Positions 35,166 to 48,900 of a stretch of 64,000 nucleotides of DNA are shown in pieces. Under the pieces are notes generated by a model. That model ran no database searches. It saw only the letters and a program-made list of their open reading frames with translations, and was not told where the DNA came from. Position numbers and translations under genes: made by a program. Positions within the stretch are counted from its first letter, which is position 1; each line of letters starts with the position of its first letter. This DNA comes from Marsupella aquatica (Eukaryota; Plantae; Marchantiophyta). The stretch lies in the NCBI GenBank assembly GCA_973895155.1, contig OZ316893.1, positions 7,836,963 to 7,900,962 of the forward strand, written 5' to 3'.

Positions 35166-38100
35166 CTATTTATAGCAGAACCGAAGGTGTTCTACTGTGA
35201 GATCCTGAGTCCCTTGCACTCGGGGTGGTGGGTTCACAACATCTAAAATACGCCCCTCGTTTAGAGCCCAGGAGGCAACCATGTGCATTTTCTGGCGAAG
35301 ATTGAATCGGTTGTGCCGCAAAAATGGCTTCGAACCCTTCACATGGTTCTTCTTAGCTATCCATCCATTAATATTTTCTTCGACATCCTTTTCACTTGCT
35401 GCACTCATCACCATCATGCACACTGTAATAACAGCCCTGTGCGTTAGCCTTTCTGCTATTATTTTACAATCCTGCAGGGAAATCACAAGCTAGTAATTAA
35501 TGAATGATTAGTATATAAGAAAACTGGTCACGGCTCTTTGGAAGTGTGAAGTAAACAATATCAAAGCAATAGTTTACAGATTGACCGCAGCTGTCAACAA
35601 AGTTGTTATGGCTAGCTAGTGGCATGGCGCGCAACCAGACAAATAATTATGGCATACATGGAATATCTACGTACCGGTTCATCCTCTTGCAGCTTGTCAC
35701 CGCTTGCAGTTTGTTGTGAGTTTGTTGATTTATCGTTTATGATTGCTCGGCATGGTAAGTCTTTCTGAATTGTTTGGCCCTCCAATGTCCTCTGTAAAAA
35801 TGACAAAAACCGTGCAGTGCACGTAAGTATGTGGAAACAAGTATCTAGCTACTAGTCACAGAATGTCCAATCGATCTAGCTTATATAGTATTGCAAGGTC
35901 TATCATTAACAAAGCTAGCCAGATAGTTTACTGCTCGCGGTGAAAGAATTGAATAAAAGAAGGCATGGCAAAAGTTTGCAATTAACCTGACTTGATTTCC
36001 TTCTAACAAATTTCTGGAAATGTTGTTTGCCCTCTTCACCCGAAATTGCATTAAACTGCAGAGCTTTGCCACTTGGTCGTGCTTTGTTGGCTAGGCGTTC
36101 ACCACCCACATTAACAGGATAGTTTTCCTTGTCCTCAAAGCCTGGGGGGCTAATCTCCAAGTCCACGTGCAGCTGGAACAAAAAATATATGGTAGCAATC
36201 AGAAACTGGAGTACGTGGACTGTCAACAATGTATTGAACTGTTGCAAAAACATGCTTGGCAAGATTAATTAATGCAATATTTGATAATTAAAGTCCATGC
36301 CACAATCTTAGTGAGCTAATATATATATATATTGTAAATTTATGTCGATCTGGCCTTCTGGTTAACAAATATGAGAGACGGGATGAGAGAAAGTGAGATT
36401 CATTGAAAGATTGTTGAATCTGGGCATCACCTGCACTTGCGGACTCCTCCTTTTCCTTGGAGGACTATTTGCATCAACCAAGGTGCATACTTGCAAGTCC
36501 CCATTGCTGTTAACTCTTCCTGGGGTGAAAGTCTCAAAATCAGTGCTCCCAAGAAGGTCTTCTGAGTTACAAGGGCCCTTAGGCAATGGAGAGTCAGAAG
36601 ATGGAGTTACGTTTGATGACCACCCACCAGAGGATCTGAAATTGGGCCGGTGGTCTGAAGACTTGTCTATTTCCGAGTGCTGTTCGGAAGACACAGCCAA
36701 CAAATTATCAAGTTCTTCAAGTTCTGATTTTCTTGAGGCTTGTTGGTCTGGCCTGGGTGCCCTGTCCTCCCAACCAGGTACCCATGGCCACTTGGTGGGT
36801 GGGTACGGATCCATTGCAGTGTAAACTGCAGCTATTTCAATCTGACTTCCCTGAACAATCCCACATGGTCATATTAGAGAAGTATGGATTTGCTACTGCT
36901 ACAATTGAACTTACAATTAATCATGGCTAGACAAAATTCAGCTTACCCTAGCCTCATGCAATATCACATATATCAAACTTGCAACAATCCATGTGTACGC
37001 AATCACTATATATGGTGGCATGCAAGTTAAAGAATCTTACTTACTATGTCAAGTATCGAAATTGTTGTACCAAAGTTTCTAGCTGAATTGTCCGCAAGGG
37101 ATGTAATATTTCCCAATGCCATCTCCAGGGATCCTAGTTTCTTCCTCAAGTGAGGTTACCTGCACTTTGTACATCTTGAAAGGGTTCTCTTGCGTCACCT
37201 CCAAGATTCTTCCCATCCCAAACCTGGCAACCATATCTGTAACCATATGATCTGATTTGTGCCCTGTGGAGAATTGTCTGTCTGCAATTTGATTGGAATG
37301 CATCTATTTAGGGACAACCAAAAGGTTCATCCGGTGGTTGCTGGATTCATGGTTCAGTTGTAATATCTCATCATTGTGGTCTAATGTCGGAACGTGGGAA
37401 GTGAGCTTCTCATGAGATTCTGTCGAAGACACTACAGCTGCACACAGTGTTCAATAATCAGAGATTGTGCACGTACAATGTACAATAATCAGAGGTTGAA
37501 ATTTTGAAATTCCTGGCGAAGCCCTAAGTACAAATAAGCAAAATATTCAAACTCTTATACTAGTTAACACCGGTGGCACTAAGACAAGCAAAAGCTTTAT
37601 GACAAACTAGAAACCTTTCGAAGTGGTTTGTGCAGAACAGCTTCCAAGAATAGAAGTGGGCTTCTCATTAGATTCTGTCGAAGACACTACAGCTGCACGT
37701 ACACAATGTTCAATAATCAGAGATTGCGCACGTACAGTGTACAATAATCAGAGCTTGAATTTTGAAATTCCTGGCAAAGCCCTAAGTACAAATAAGCAAA
37801 ATATTCAAAGTCTTATACTAGTTAACACCGCTGGCACTATGATCAACAAGCAAAAACTTTATGACAAACTATAAACCTTTCGAAGTGGTTTGTGCAGAAC
37901 AACTTCCAAGAACAGAAGTGGGCTTCTCATGAGATTCTGTCGAAGACACTACAGCTGCACACAGTGTTCAATAATCAGAGGTTGGGCACTACAGTGTCCA
38001 ATAATCAGAGGTTGAATCTTTGAAATTCCTGGCAAAGCCCTAAGTACAAATAAGCAAAAAATTCAAACTCTTATACTGGTTAACACTGGTGGCACTATGA

Positions 38101-39555
38101 TCGACAAGCAAAAGCTTTATGACAAATTATAAACCTTTCAAAGTGGTTTGTGCAGAATAGCTTCCAAGAACAGAAGTGGGCTTCTCTTGAGATTCTGTTG
38201 AAGGCACTACAACTGCACACCGTGTTCAATAATTTGCCGCACGTACAGTGTCCAATAATCAGAAGTTGAAATTTTGAAATTCCTGGCAAAGCCCTAAGTA
38301 AAAATAAGCAAAATATTCAAACTGAAGTACAATTAACACCCGTGGCATTATGACAAGCAAAAGCTTTCTGAAAAATTTGAAACCTTTCAAAACTGCCGAA
38401 GGAAATTGAGTATGCGTACCAGCATCTTTGTTGTGCTTTCTCTTCAGAGCCTTATTGTATTCATGCTTCCGGTTTTTGATTGCTTCGTAAACATCCTCTA
38501 GCCTCCACTGTAGAATTCTTGTCTCCCCGTTGACTTCATCGCAAAAGACCACAGCCTTTAGTTCACTCATGCGCTTCTTTGCATACTCCATGCACATTAA
38601 TTTCACCTTCTCACATTTCTTGAAGTCTTGGGTCATGAAAGACTGCAATTCCTCGTTTCCATCTATATCTGAAAACCAGTTCCTGATCTTTCTCATGTTC
38701 TCATTGTGTGCCAAATGGGCACTGGGATATAGCTTGAGCAGCTTCCGTCCTCCTGACTTATCTTTGAAGATATCCTTGTAGGATGGGAAGTCAGTTGTCT
38801 GTAATTAAAAATGAGCACAAGAAAGACAGTCAGCGGTTTGGTTCAAAATTGCAAGAGACACTAAAAAATGCAACACATTCACTTGAGATAAATAGATTAC
38901 GTACATCATGGCCTGGTACAATGCATGAAACTTTCACTAGCTCAAGATATATAAGGCATGCGGGACTCCAATCTTCTCTGCTATAATTGCATCTGCATTT
39001 GGAAATATGGTGAATAACACTTCAAAGTAGAATCAAGACTAAATAGCGGGTGTTAATGAACTGAAACTTACAGCAGCAAGCTTGGGAGAACGCATGGGAG
39101 AAGGGACGTACCTTTTCAAGCGAAGTGTTTTTTGACGTATCATCCATGGACGTAGATTGCCCCCTCTTGCCAATTTCATCTGATCTGGTCCTGACAAAAG
39201 GAGTTGTTTCTTGCCTGCACCCAGTTCTTGGTGTCGTGGAGCCAGTTATTGCTGGTTGCTCCCGCATTGAAGACGCCGTGTTAACTACAGCTGCAGTCGT
39301 AGGGTAGTCCAAATCATCAAGCAATTTTTTACGGAAATTGCACTGCACTACCCACTTCTTGATTTTAATGCGATGCCCAGGGATCTGAATTCCAGATTCC
39401 TTCAAGAGGCTATCAATCTCCTCCTCCGAACACATGAAGATGGAGCCATCTATGCCATTGTCAACAAACGTCTTCACATATTTTTCGCACTTAAGGAATT
39501 TGGCAACTGCAGAGCCAACTTCTCTTTCAGACATGGAAGGTAGAGCAGTCGACAT
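35166..39555 (-). pseudogene. Multi-exon SAM (sterile alpha motif)-domain gene nested antisense in the CUL1 intron; probable transposon cargo
   Basis: N-terminal MSEREVGSAVAKFLKCEKYVKTFVDNGIDGSIF..SGIQIPGHRIKIKK is a SAM pattern. Exons 39555-39112, 38798-38384, three 78-nt exons, then 37437 onward and further fragments to 35166. In-frame stops near 37305 and 37080. Confidence 0.6.
37399..38395. repeat. ~258-bp tandem repeat (about 4 copies) consisting of an intron+exon unit
   Basis: AAGTGRGCTTCTC..AGATTCTGT recurs at ~37399, 37654, 37916 and 38174. Confidence 0.92.
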
Positions 39556-40798
39556 GTTCTCTGAAGTTTAGAGAACCAAAATTGCACACACTAAACAACG
39601 AAACTTAGTGGCAAGCACTCACTCAGTAGATACTCGCATCTAGTTCACTCGCACTGGTGGAGTCACAAGCAAACTTAGTGGATCAACGCTCATCCGATAC
39701 TTAATCAAGATCACTCAAAGCACATACTACCTAGCAGGAACGTAAAGTCCTCCCTCCCTCAAAACTGTGAATATGGAATTACAATGCCACTAGCACTGAG
39801 ATATGCTGATGACTCACGCTGAAATAAATTGATCAAATTATAGCTTGAATTACAGCTGCCCTCAAATTACAGGCTGCAGCTATCGATCTTGGCATATCCA
39901 TCGACCAGTACCTGCATGTAGGTGGCGGGAGTACATGGGGATCAGAGACAAATTGTTCACAGAGAATTTAAATTCCAAATTTCAAACATTGAGAAGAGGC
40001 GGTAAGTTTGATTCTGAGGAAGACATGAGAGAGCGGCAACCATAGCCCCTAGTACAATTTAAAAATCTTGAAAGAAAGATTCTAAGAAGGCGTGAGAGGC
40101 GCGCGCACCTTATCAGGATTTAATTCTGAAGAAGGCATGAGAGAGCCGCGCCCATTCCTGCCCAATGTCTTGATTTGAAAATCTTGAATTTTTGATTCAA
40201 CGCATTGGAAAGAGGCGTACATGTTTGATTCTCACCAAGTGTGACAACCATCTAAATATGGGCCTTCAAAGTCAAAATTGATTTTTCTTCAAGTTATCCA
40301 GGCGCAAGGTGTGTTTGATTCTCAAGTTGGCGCCATTGTTGATGTATGAACCTTAAAGAATCTGGATGACTTGCCTGAATGACGTGCATTCATAAAAGCG
40401 TCGCTATTCTCCGATAGTAAATAGTTAAGCAGGGCAGCCGACAATTTAGTTGAACAAGCCCATGTACAACACTATCATCTCTGTTTACCCGTAGTCCAAC
40501 CTTGCATTCATAAAAGCCTAGGTAGTTTTCATAAAAGCCTAGGTAGTTGTTCTACGATAGTTAATAGCTGAGCGGGGCAGCCGGCAATTAAGCTAGTCCA
40601 TGTACATCAGTATCATCTGTGACCCATGTACATGTACATCAGTATTCACCGATCTCAACTCTGTGTACCCGTAGTCCCACCGAGTTCCTGCAATTTAGGG
40701 AACTTTTAGATAAATGTGCCCATGTTGCGAGGTCATTGCCTACCATGCAGCCCTGGCCATTTGTTTGACCACTGAGGAAGAACGTAACCAGCGAATGG

Positions 40799-41003
40799 CC
40801 CATGTATGTGCAGCCAAAATTGGCTTTCACGGTGGGACCCATGAACTCTATAATGGAGAATGGCCCTCCCATGTATGTGCAGCCAAAATTGGCTTTCACG
40901 GTGGGACCCATGAACTCTATAATGGAGAATGGCCCTCCCATGTATGTGCAGCCAAAATTGGCTTTCACGGTGGGACCCATGAACTCTATAATGGAGAATG
41001 GCA
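40799..41003. repeat. 69-bp tandem repeat, 3 near-identical copies
   Basis: CCATGTATGTGCAGCCAAAATTGGCTTTCACGGTGGGACCCATGAACTCTATAATGGAGAATGGC x3. Confidence 0.95.
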
Positions 41004-43079
41004 CTCACTCTCTGTCCGCTAATCTCAATCCTTTGGCCCTCGCTTTGGCCTTGACTCATCCAGCTGTCATGGCACCACACAGTTGTAGCCTCTGGCTTGT
41101 GGAAAGTTAAATATTAGGTCCTCATCAACACATTTAAAGTGGAGATTTAAGCTCAAGGAGACAAACAAAAAATGGCCCTAAGTCTAAACTCCCCCCCCCC
41201 CCCCCCTCTTTGGAAAATTAAGTCTCCCATAGTTGTGTTGTTGATCTATTAAAATTTGTTCATATACGCTTAACTTGATCATTTGGAATTAAGTTATAAA
41301 GAACAGTATTGTAACAATATTAAGCAAGCCAATTAGGTAGATGAAGTTTTTCTGCCAATCCAAAGTATTTTTCTCCCATAAATAAAGACCGAAAAGAAAA
41401 GAAAAAAATACTAGGTGAGGAAAGCACAAAATAGCCTCAGGCAGAACAAACCTCAGACTTGACATTCAATCTATTTTGTAAATAAGTTGCCTGGGGTCAA
41501 AGATATTTGAAGGAGATGGCAGCCTGTCAGATAGCTGGGACCAGCAGCCCGGAGAAATTAAATAAATAGGATTTGAGTTGTAAGAGGAGAGATTAAGCTT
41601 GGAGTGGGAAAGGGAAATTAAACCAAATTTGATAGAAGGATGGATGCCTGGGAAGAGCTTAGGTAATTAAGGAAGTAATTAAATTGAAACTTTGATAGAA
41701 TAATATATTGGGTAAAGTTCAAGAGAAGGGATCTAGTTACAATAGGTGGAAAATGAATTTTAGTTTATCCTTTAGAAAGTCAGTGGGGAGGGTCTAAGAG
41801 GTTGTGTATTTACATAGTTTAAATATGCCGGTGATAGTACTTAGCATTATATTATTTTGCAGCCTTAGCATGTGCATGCATGTTTCAATAATACACATGA
41901 ATAAATAGTGGAGTGAATACAACGAAACAGTAGTTTTCCACTTAAGGTCCTTTAAGCCAGATCAAAAGTATAGAAAGACACTGTTTGGATGAAAAACGAT
42001 TCATCGTAAGGCCAGATTGACTTGGAAATGGCTGGAAGGATCGACTTAGATTTGAAGACCTCCAGGTGTACCTGTCCAGTCCGACTCTGAGTCAGGAAGA
42101 GGAGTCTACTGTAGGTCTCTTGAGGTGGTCTCATTGTGTCAAATAAATATATATTGTCAACAGTACTGAACATTCCTGACGTGTGTTGTGGACCAGGATC
42201 AGATACGTTCATGGGGATGATGATAGATATAAAAAAAGCTGACAATTTTAGTCTTTTAGAGGCTCCCATAGTATCATGCAGTTAATATCTTCCATGAATG
42301 CAGTCCACACCTGACTGTATGCATATGTCATCCTCCTCTCAAGGCGTGGGCCTGCAGTAGCTAGATCCTACTGGAGGTTATAGTCTAGCCCCCTGCAGAG
42401 CTGCGGACAAAGGAGTTGTGTTTCTATGTGCTGCAGAAGCTCATTAAATTGCAGCGTTACTTCCATGAGCAGACAAATTCATATGCTGTGAAAGTGGAAA
42501 GTAAATTAGTAAGGATACTCTGGTGCTTATTTTAAAGTGATTTTTTTTGCTAATTATGCCCTTTCATACATAACCCCGGCCCCTGGGCCCCCAGCTTAGG
42601 AAATAATGAAACATACAAGCCTTTAAACATCCTATGGGCATTCACAATGGTCCAAAGGCAGCTGAGGGATGGATGAGCCCTAGAGGAGCCCAATAGAGGG
42701 GTGGAAAGACGGGGCAGAAATGATCTTGTGAGAGACCTCCCTCTCTAGTCATTCTTCATTAATTATTATTTTAAGTCTAGACGGGGTGATGCACCACCTG
42801 GGGCGATGAAATATTGAGCTCAATTATATGTCCTTGATTGTTCAATATCTCATCGCCCCAGGTCAATAACAATCAAGGACATTTCCAAATGTGAATTAAG
42901 TCAAATGTCAAATTACCAGCGGGACTACCAGATAGGTTTCTATAGGGGATGAAAAGAAACTTTTAGAACTGGCAGGAAAGTTTTCAATCTTCCCCAAAAA
43001 TATAACTGGGGGTGCTAGTGGGGTGTAGTTTGGTAACTGCTATATCTTGTTATTCATATATAGTTGTTGGGGGCCAGAT

Positions 43080-44830
43080 ATCTAGCTACCCTTGTAACTT
43101 GCCAAGAAAAACCAAATGCTTAAGTTATGACCCTTTCATAGTAAAAATGATAACACTTCCAAATTGGCATGAACAACCAAGTGCTTCCAAAACCCTTGAC
43201 TTCCAACTTCCCCAAAATAGTAAAAAATGTGTCTACTAAACCCTTTTGTACATTATAACCCTCCCAACTTGCAAGAATAATCCAATATATGATTCTACAG
43301 CCCAGGTTTCATAATTATATAAACCCATTATATATAGCCCTTCCAATTACTTCAAGGCACTTGTAAACAACCAAATTCTCTATACCCTAAAGTTCTCGAT
43401 CATATAAGACTTCCAAACCGGCACAAACAACCACTTGCTTCTAACACCCTTCCAGTTTGGCATGACCAACCACATACTTCCAATTCAAAACCCTTTCAAC
43501 TTGGCAGGGCCAATCAAATACTTAAATTGTAACACTTCCAAGTTGGCATGAACAACCAAAAGCTTTGAAAACCTTTGAAGTTGGCATTAAGAACCTAAAA
43601 AAATGCTTCTTTAACCCTCTCATACACAACTCTTACAGCTTGGCAGGAGTAGCCAAATTAATGCTTCTTTAACCCTAGCTTCCAACTTGGCATGAACCCA
43701 GGCATCCCGCCAGGCATGAATATATGTTCAAATATTTCAATCATCTATAAGACTTCAAACTTGGTTTCATATGCTAAGTTATAAACCTTTCAAGTTTACA
43801 TTAACAACCAAATGCTTCTGTATCTCTTCCAAGCTAGCATTAACAACCAAGTGCTTTTAGCTAGGGGTAGCTTTCAAGCGGGATTCCAGGTTGGCATCCA
43901 AAACCGGATTCTTCTACAACCCTTTCAAAACTATATAACCAAGGTTTATATATATACTTGGCACCAACAGCCAAATGCCTCACAAACCCTTCTGTCATGC
44001 AACTTACCAGGAATAACCAAGTTAATTCTTCTCTAGCTAGCTAGCCCTTCTAACTTGTCATGCATAGCCAAACACTTTCATATTTATAACACGTACTTCC
44101 AACTCGCCAGGAGTACTAACCAAATGCTGGGCCATTCAAATGCTTCTTCTAACAGCTCTTCCAAGTTGGCATGAACCCCAAAAGAACTTTCAAAACCTTC
44201 CAAGTTGACTAACATCCAAATGCTTCTACATGTCTTGCAAGTTGGCATTAACAACAAGTGCTTCTAGAGCTCCTCCAAACAGGCTTCCAAATTGGCAAAC
44301 CAATAACCAAAGTCTTAAACATAACCCTTTTAACCTGGCTCCAACAACTAAATGCCTCTCAAACCCTTCAAGCTTGCCAAAACATATTAGCCAAATGCTT
44401 TTACAACCGATCAAACTTGAATGCCATGAATGACCAAATGCTTATGTAAGCCTAATGATTAATAAGCCTATTAACTTGGCACAAGCAACCAAATACTTTC
44501 AAACTAGTAAGCCTTCCAACTTGCCAAGAACAACCAAATGCTTCAATAACCCTTGCCTAGCTTCAAGCTTGGCATGAACAACATACCAGATACTTTCATA
44601 TAGCACAAACCACCTTGTGGCATTTGGTACCAAGTAGTGCACTTGCCTCTCAAACCTCCTTCAAACTATCTTTTTATTTGTGCCAAATTATTGTATATCA
44701 ATCATGCTTTCAAAACCCTTACAACTTGGAATATCTTGTTAGCAATTAATTTATTTGTGGCATTTGGTATCAAGTAGTCCAATTTCAAGTGACTCGAACT
44801 TCCTTTCAACCCTTATACTTCCAAGTTTGT
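43080..44830. repeat. Degenerate ~40-bp satellite-like array (CTTCCAAGTTGGCA..AACCAAATGCTT)
   Basis: Dozens of diverged AACCAAATGCTT and CCTTCCAA(C/G)TTGGCA units. Confidence 0.8.
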
Positions 44831-45990
44831 CCAGGATAAATATAATTAGTTTTGCTAGGGTCTTACAGCAGGGGGTCTTATAGTTGAGGGAGTGATGGGT
44901 GAGTTGCAGTGGGGTTCATTATCTAAGTCTGAGGCAGCTAGGATTAAGTTTTGGGTTGGTTAGTATGATTGAGGACTTTGGATCATTGGCAGGTTTGGTA
45001 AATAAATTGGGGTTGTGGTTGTTTGTGCAGGTTTGGGTTGAAGGCCAGGGCTTGTAGACGGGCAGAGTGTGACTTTAGGGCTTTGTGTGTTTAGTTATTA
45101 GTAGGATTGGGTCTCAAAACTACAATTTGAAGCCTTTTCACCACCTACTCAGCATCATAAAATGTTTGTTTTTGTGGGTTGTGCGTCACAGGATTCTACG
45201 TCGTGGTGTAGGAGCTAAAAGGGGGTCCATTATTTGCTACATGCAAGGCGTCATTCTACTTTCAGTTGTCTGAGTCAAGGTTTTAGTTTTAGGATTCTGG
45301 TTGCGGGTCTTGTTGTGTTAGTGTTTTCAGATCCCGGGTATGCACCTCACCTTTAAGGGAATTATTAAATTGCCTAATGAGAAGGGAATTACTGTACAAG
45401 GGGGTTCCAATTATTACATTGCCTAATGGAAAGGGAAGTTGAGACTTTGGGTTAGAGAGGGGGTTTAGAGTTAGTATGTTTTGAGGTGGAATATGTGTTT
45501 GAGGTTCTGGGTTGGATGGGGTACCATTGTGAATGGATAGTTTGGGGGTTAATTATATGGGTTGGATAGGGTTCCAGGTACTTGAAGGCTTGGGTTGTGG
45601 GTTAATTTGCAAGTGGAAGGCTTGAGGGTTGTATACTCAATAGCTAGGTTTGTGTGTGTAAGCTTTAATTGGGAGAGGCGGTTTGGCAGTTTTGGGTTTG
45701 ATAAATTATTGGGTTAGATTCATTTGTGAGTGGTGGGTTATCTAGAGAGTTTAGTCTTTGATATCAAAACTACAGACGTCCACATTTGATGGAGAAATCA
45801 TGTGGTTAAATTTCAGAAAGTAGGATGTTTGGATCTCAATTGTAATTATTTTGTGATAGACCTCCGGGTAGACCAACTATTAGCCTAAGTAAGTCATAAT
45901 TTGAACCTCCGAGTTGATTCTGAAGTGTAATAAATTCCAAATTCAGATTTTGTAGCTATACTTAACTAGTACCATGGCCTCACTGCATAT

Positions 45991-48900
45991 TGTGATGCCT
46001 AGACAGGAATCACTCGGCCAGTTAAGTGGGTAAACCAGGAAGGCACCCTAGGAACACCTTAGTATAGGGACAAAACAAGGAAAATATAAACCATTAGGGG
46101 CAACCATGGAACCCGGGCCGAGGCCGGTGGTAAGGACGCTGAGGGTGAAAACTCGATTAGGGTTAGGGCGCGTTAAGCGTCGGCGGCTAGGAAGGATCAA
46201 TGGGAAGAAGGACCGGCAGAGGAGAGGGGTAAGGAGCGCTTGCAGGAGATGGTGGCTCATTTGCGAGCACGAACTAGGCAGACGACTACGGGAGGCCAAC
46301 TACTGTCAGCTGCTTAGGCAAGCACTCGGGGAGAGAGTAGATACCGGCGATCGACCTAAGGAGGGTATGAGCAACGTCAATCAAGCGGCACATTTCTGGG
46401 GATGCCTGTTCGAACGGGCAACTGAGTACATCAAGACTTACGAGGACGAGGAATCAGAAAGGGCAGCTCAAGAACGGCAGGAGCTCGCTCGATTGTGGGA
46501 GCTGCAGAAGACGGCTTTCTTAGGAGGCGAACTCATCAAGGACGAGTTCCTGTGGACGCCTACTTCCAATCAACTCGACGATCTTCTATTTTGCAAAGAC
46601 AGCGTCGTCGGCATCCGAGAGGCCATCAAGAACTGCAACGACATACACTGGGAATTAAAGGGTAGCACGGAAAGGTGGACCCAGGCAACGGTGCTAGGAG
46701 AAACCTCCACGGCAGCAGAGATGAAGAGGAAGGGAGCCGTCAACGATGAAGCCACCCCGGCAAAAAGAACGAGGTCGGCGGCACCAAAGAAGCCAGCCGA
46801 GCAGCAGAGCAGGAGGCAGGGAGAAGCCGAAGAGGAGGAGGTCGATCCCATCAAGGCCATTCCAACCAGGGATGACACCTGGAAGGGCTGGGCGGCAACC
46901 CTACCGGTGGAGGTGCAACTACATTTTGCACGGGAGGAGGATGCATGCTTTACGGCCATGCAGACCAAGAAGTACCAAGGCTTCATGGCCGGATCCGGCT
47001 TAGAGGCCTTTGTAAGATTACCATGGCTGAAGCCGGAGGTACCGGAGTCAGACCTATTAGAATTCGTGGGGTCATGGGAACCCGAGACCAATTGCACGAG
47101 GATATATGGGAAGGATTTCTATCTTACTCCCAAGGTAATTGCCGAAGTGTTTGGCTTGCCGATAGGCAATAAGACCAAAGTTGATACCAGGAAGACCTTG
47201 CCTGACAAGGAGTTCCGGTCGTTCCCCGGGCCATCAACGAAGAATGGCTTCTTCCGGAACACCTGCACCAACCCGCACATAGGAGAGATGATCGACTTCT
47301 TGCGGGTGACCATGCATTGTAACTTGCCGAGGGCAGAGATCGGCAAGGCACAGGTCTATCTGGCAAAAAGGCCAGACCCAAGCCGGGACTACAACGGGTA
47401 CCTCCTCAACCAATTGAAGAAGATCTTAAAGGAGGAGCAGCAGGTAATCGGCATGGGGAGCGTGTCGCGGCTTGGCTATCACATGCCGCTGTTGTGCCGG
47501 TATGCCAGAGGTCAGACTTTTGCCCCAGTACTTCCCCTGCAGGTAAGGGCACCCGAGGAAGCTCCAACGCCGAGGCCGTTGGCTGAGAAGCCTCAACCAC
47601 CTGTTAGCCCTACGATCGAGCAGGTGTTTAGGCCCAGGAAGGAAGACTTGCCGATGCAGCAACCAGGCATGCAGAGTCTGCTGAAACTACTGGAGAAAGA
47701 AAAGAAATCGGCATCGGCAACAACAACGGCAACGGCAACAATGCAGGACACTACTACAGAGGTAGGCCTACACCGGCTCACAAGAGAAAACCCCTTTGCT
47801 GGAGACAAGGAGAGAATCAGGCCGGAATCCAAGCCAGGTGTTCGAATGTATGTGGGAATCTCAAGCTCCGAATCTGAGGCAGAATTGCCTGAAGCTCCTA
47901 CCAACGAAGAGGAGAGGGAGAAGCCGGACGTACAAGAAGTAGAGGAGGCAGTGGAGGACTGCAGCCATGATAATTCCGGCTATGGGTCGGACCATCACGT
48001 TCCAGGAGTAAGGACCTGTGGCCGGTTTGTCCCCACACTTCCAAGGGTAGTGCGAGGGGACCCCAACCAGCAGAGTAGCCCTGAGTCTCCCCCACCAGAT
48101 GTTGCTCCCCCGAGCTTCGACGGCATAAAACAGACGGTGCAGGAATTTCAGGAGCGAATCAGGCAGGAAGAGGAGGCAGCCCTAGCTAGGGAAAAGGATT
48201 TACCAGGAGGAGATTGGCCGGAGGACATCAGGCGGCTAGCCGAAAAAGGAAGCAAACCTCTAGCCACGATTGAAGAGATCCGCAAGACGGCTTGGGAGCA
48301 GAGGCCGCGATGGGCGATGCCGATCACTTCTATTTACTCCACCTACGCTAAGAATAGAGCCATGGAGTATGGTGAGATGTGTGGGGAACTTGCGCTCGGC
48401 ATCTTTGGAGAGGAGTTGGAGGTAGGACCCTTTTTCCATAGGGAGCAGTTGGAGAAGCACCAATTAGAAGAAGTGGTGGCTTTAGAGAGAAGCAAGAAGG
48501 ACGAGGTCATTCGGCGGCTTAGGAGGATGGAAGCAGAGATTGAAGATCTAAGGGCGGCCAAGAAAGCCCAAGATGAACTGCGGATTAAATGGCATGAGCT
48601 GAACATCATGCAGGGGTAGTTGGACACCGCACAGGCTGATAATCAGAATATCAAGGATAAACTGACTCAGACGCAGGGAGAGTTGGCCGACACGATCAAA
48701 GAGAGGGAGAAGTGGAAGCAAGAGCTAAAGAATACAGAGGAGGCCCACATAACAGCCAACAGCCGGGCCATGGCGGAGACCCAAAGAAAGGAATGGGCGT
48801 TGAAGGGGGAGCTCGAGAAAATCCGCGGAGCCCTTGAGCAGAAGGAGGCCGAGTTAGGGAAATTCTATCAAGAAATTATGGCGCTGCAGCAGGAGCTTGC

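Noticed and set aside
40799-41003. 69-bp repeats as a CRISPR array
   Set aside because: The units are fully identical with no unique spacers, there are no cas genes, and the context is eukaryotic.
44880-45750. Interstitial telomere repeat
   Set aside because: GGGTT words are scattered and there is no tandem TTTAGGG array.
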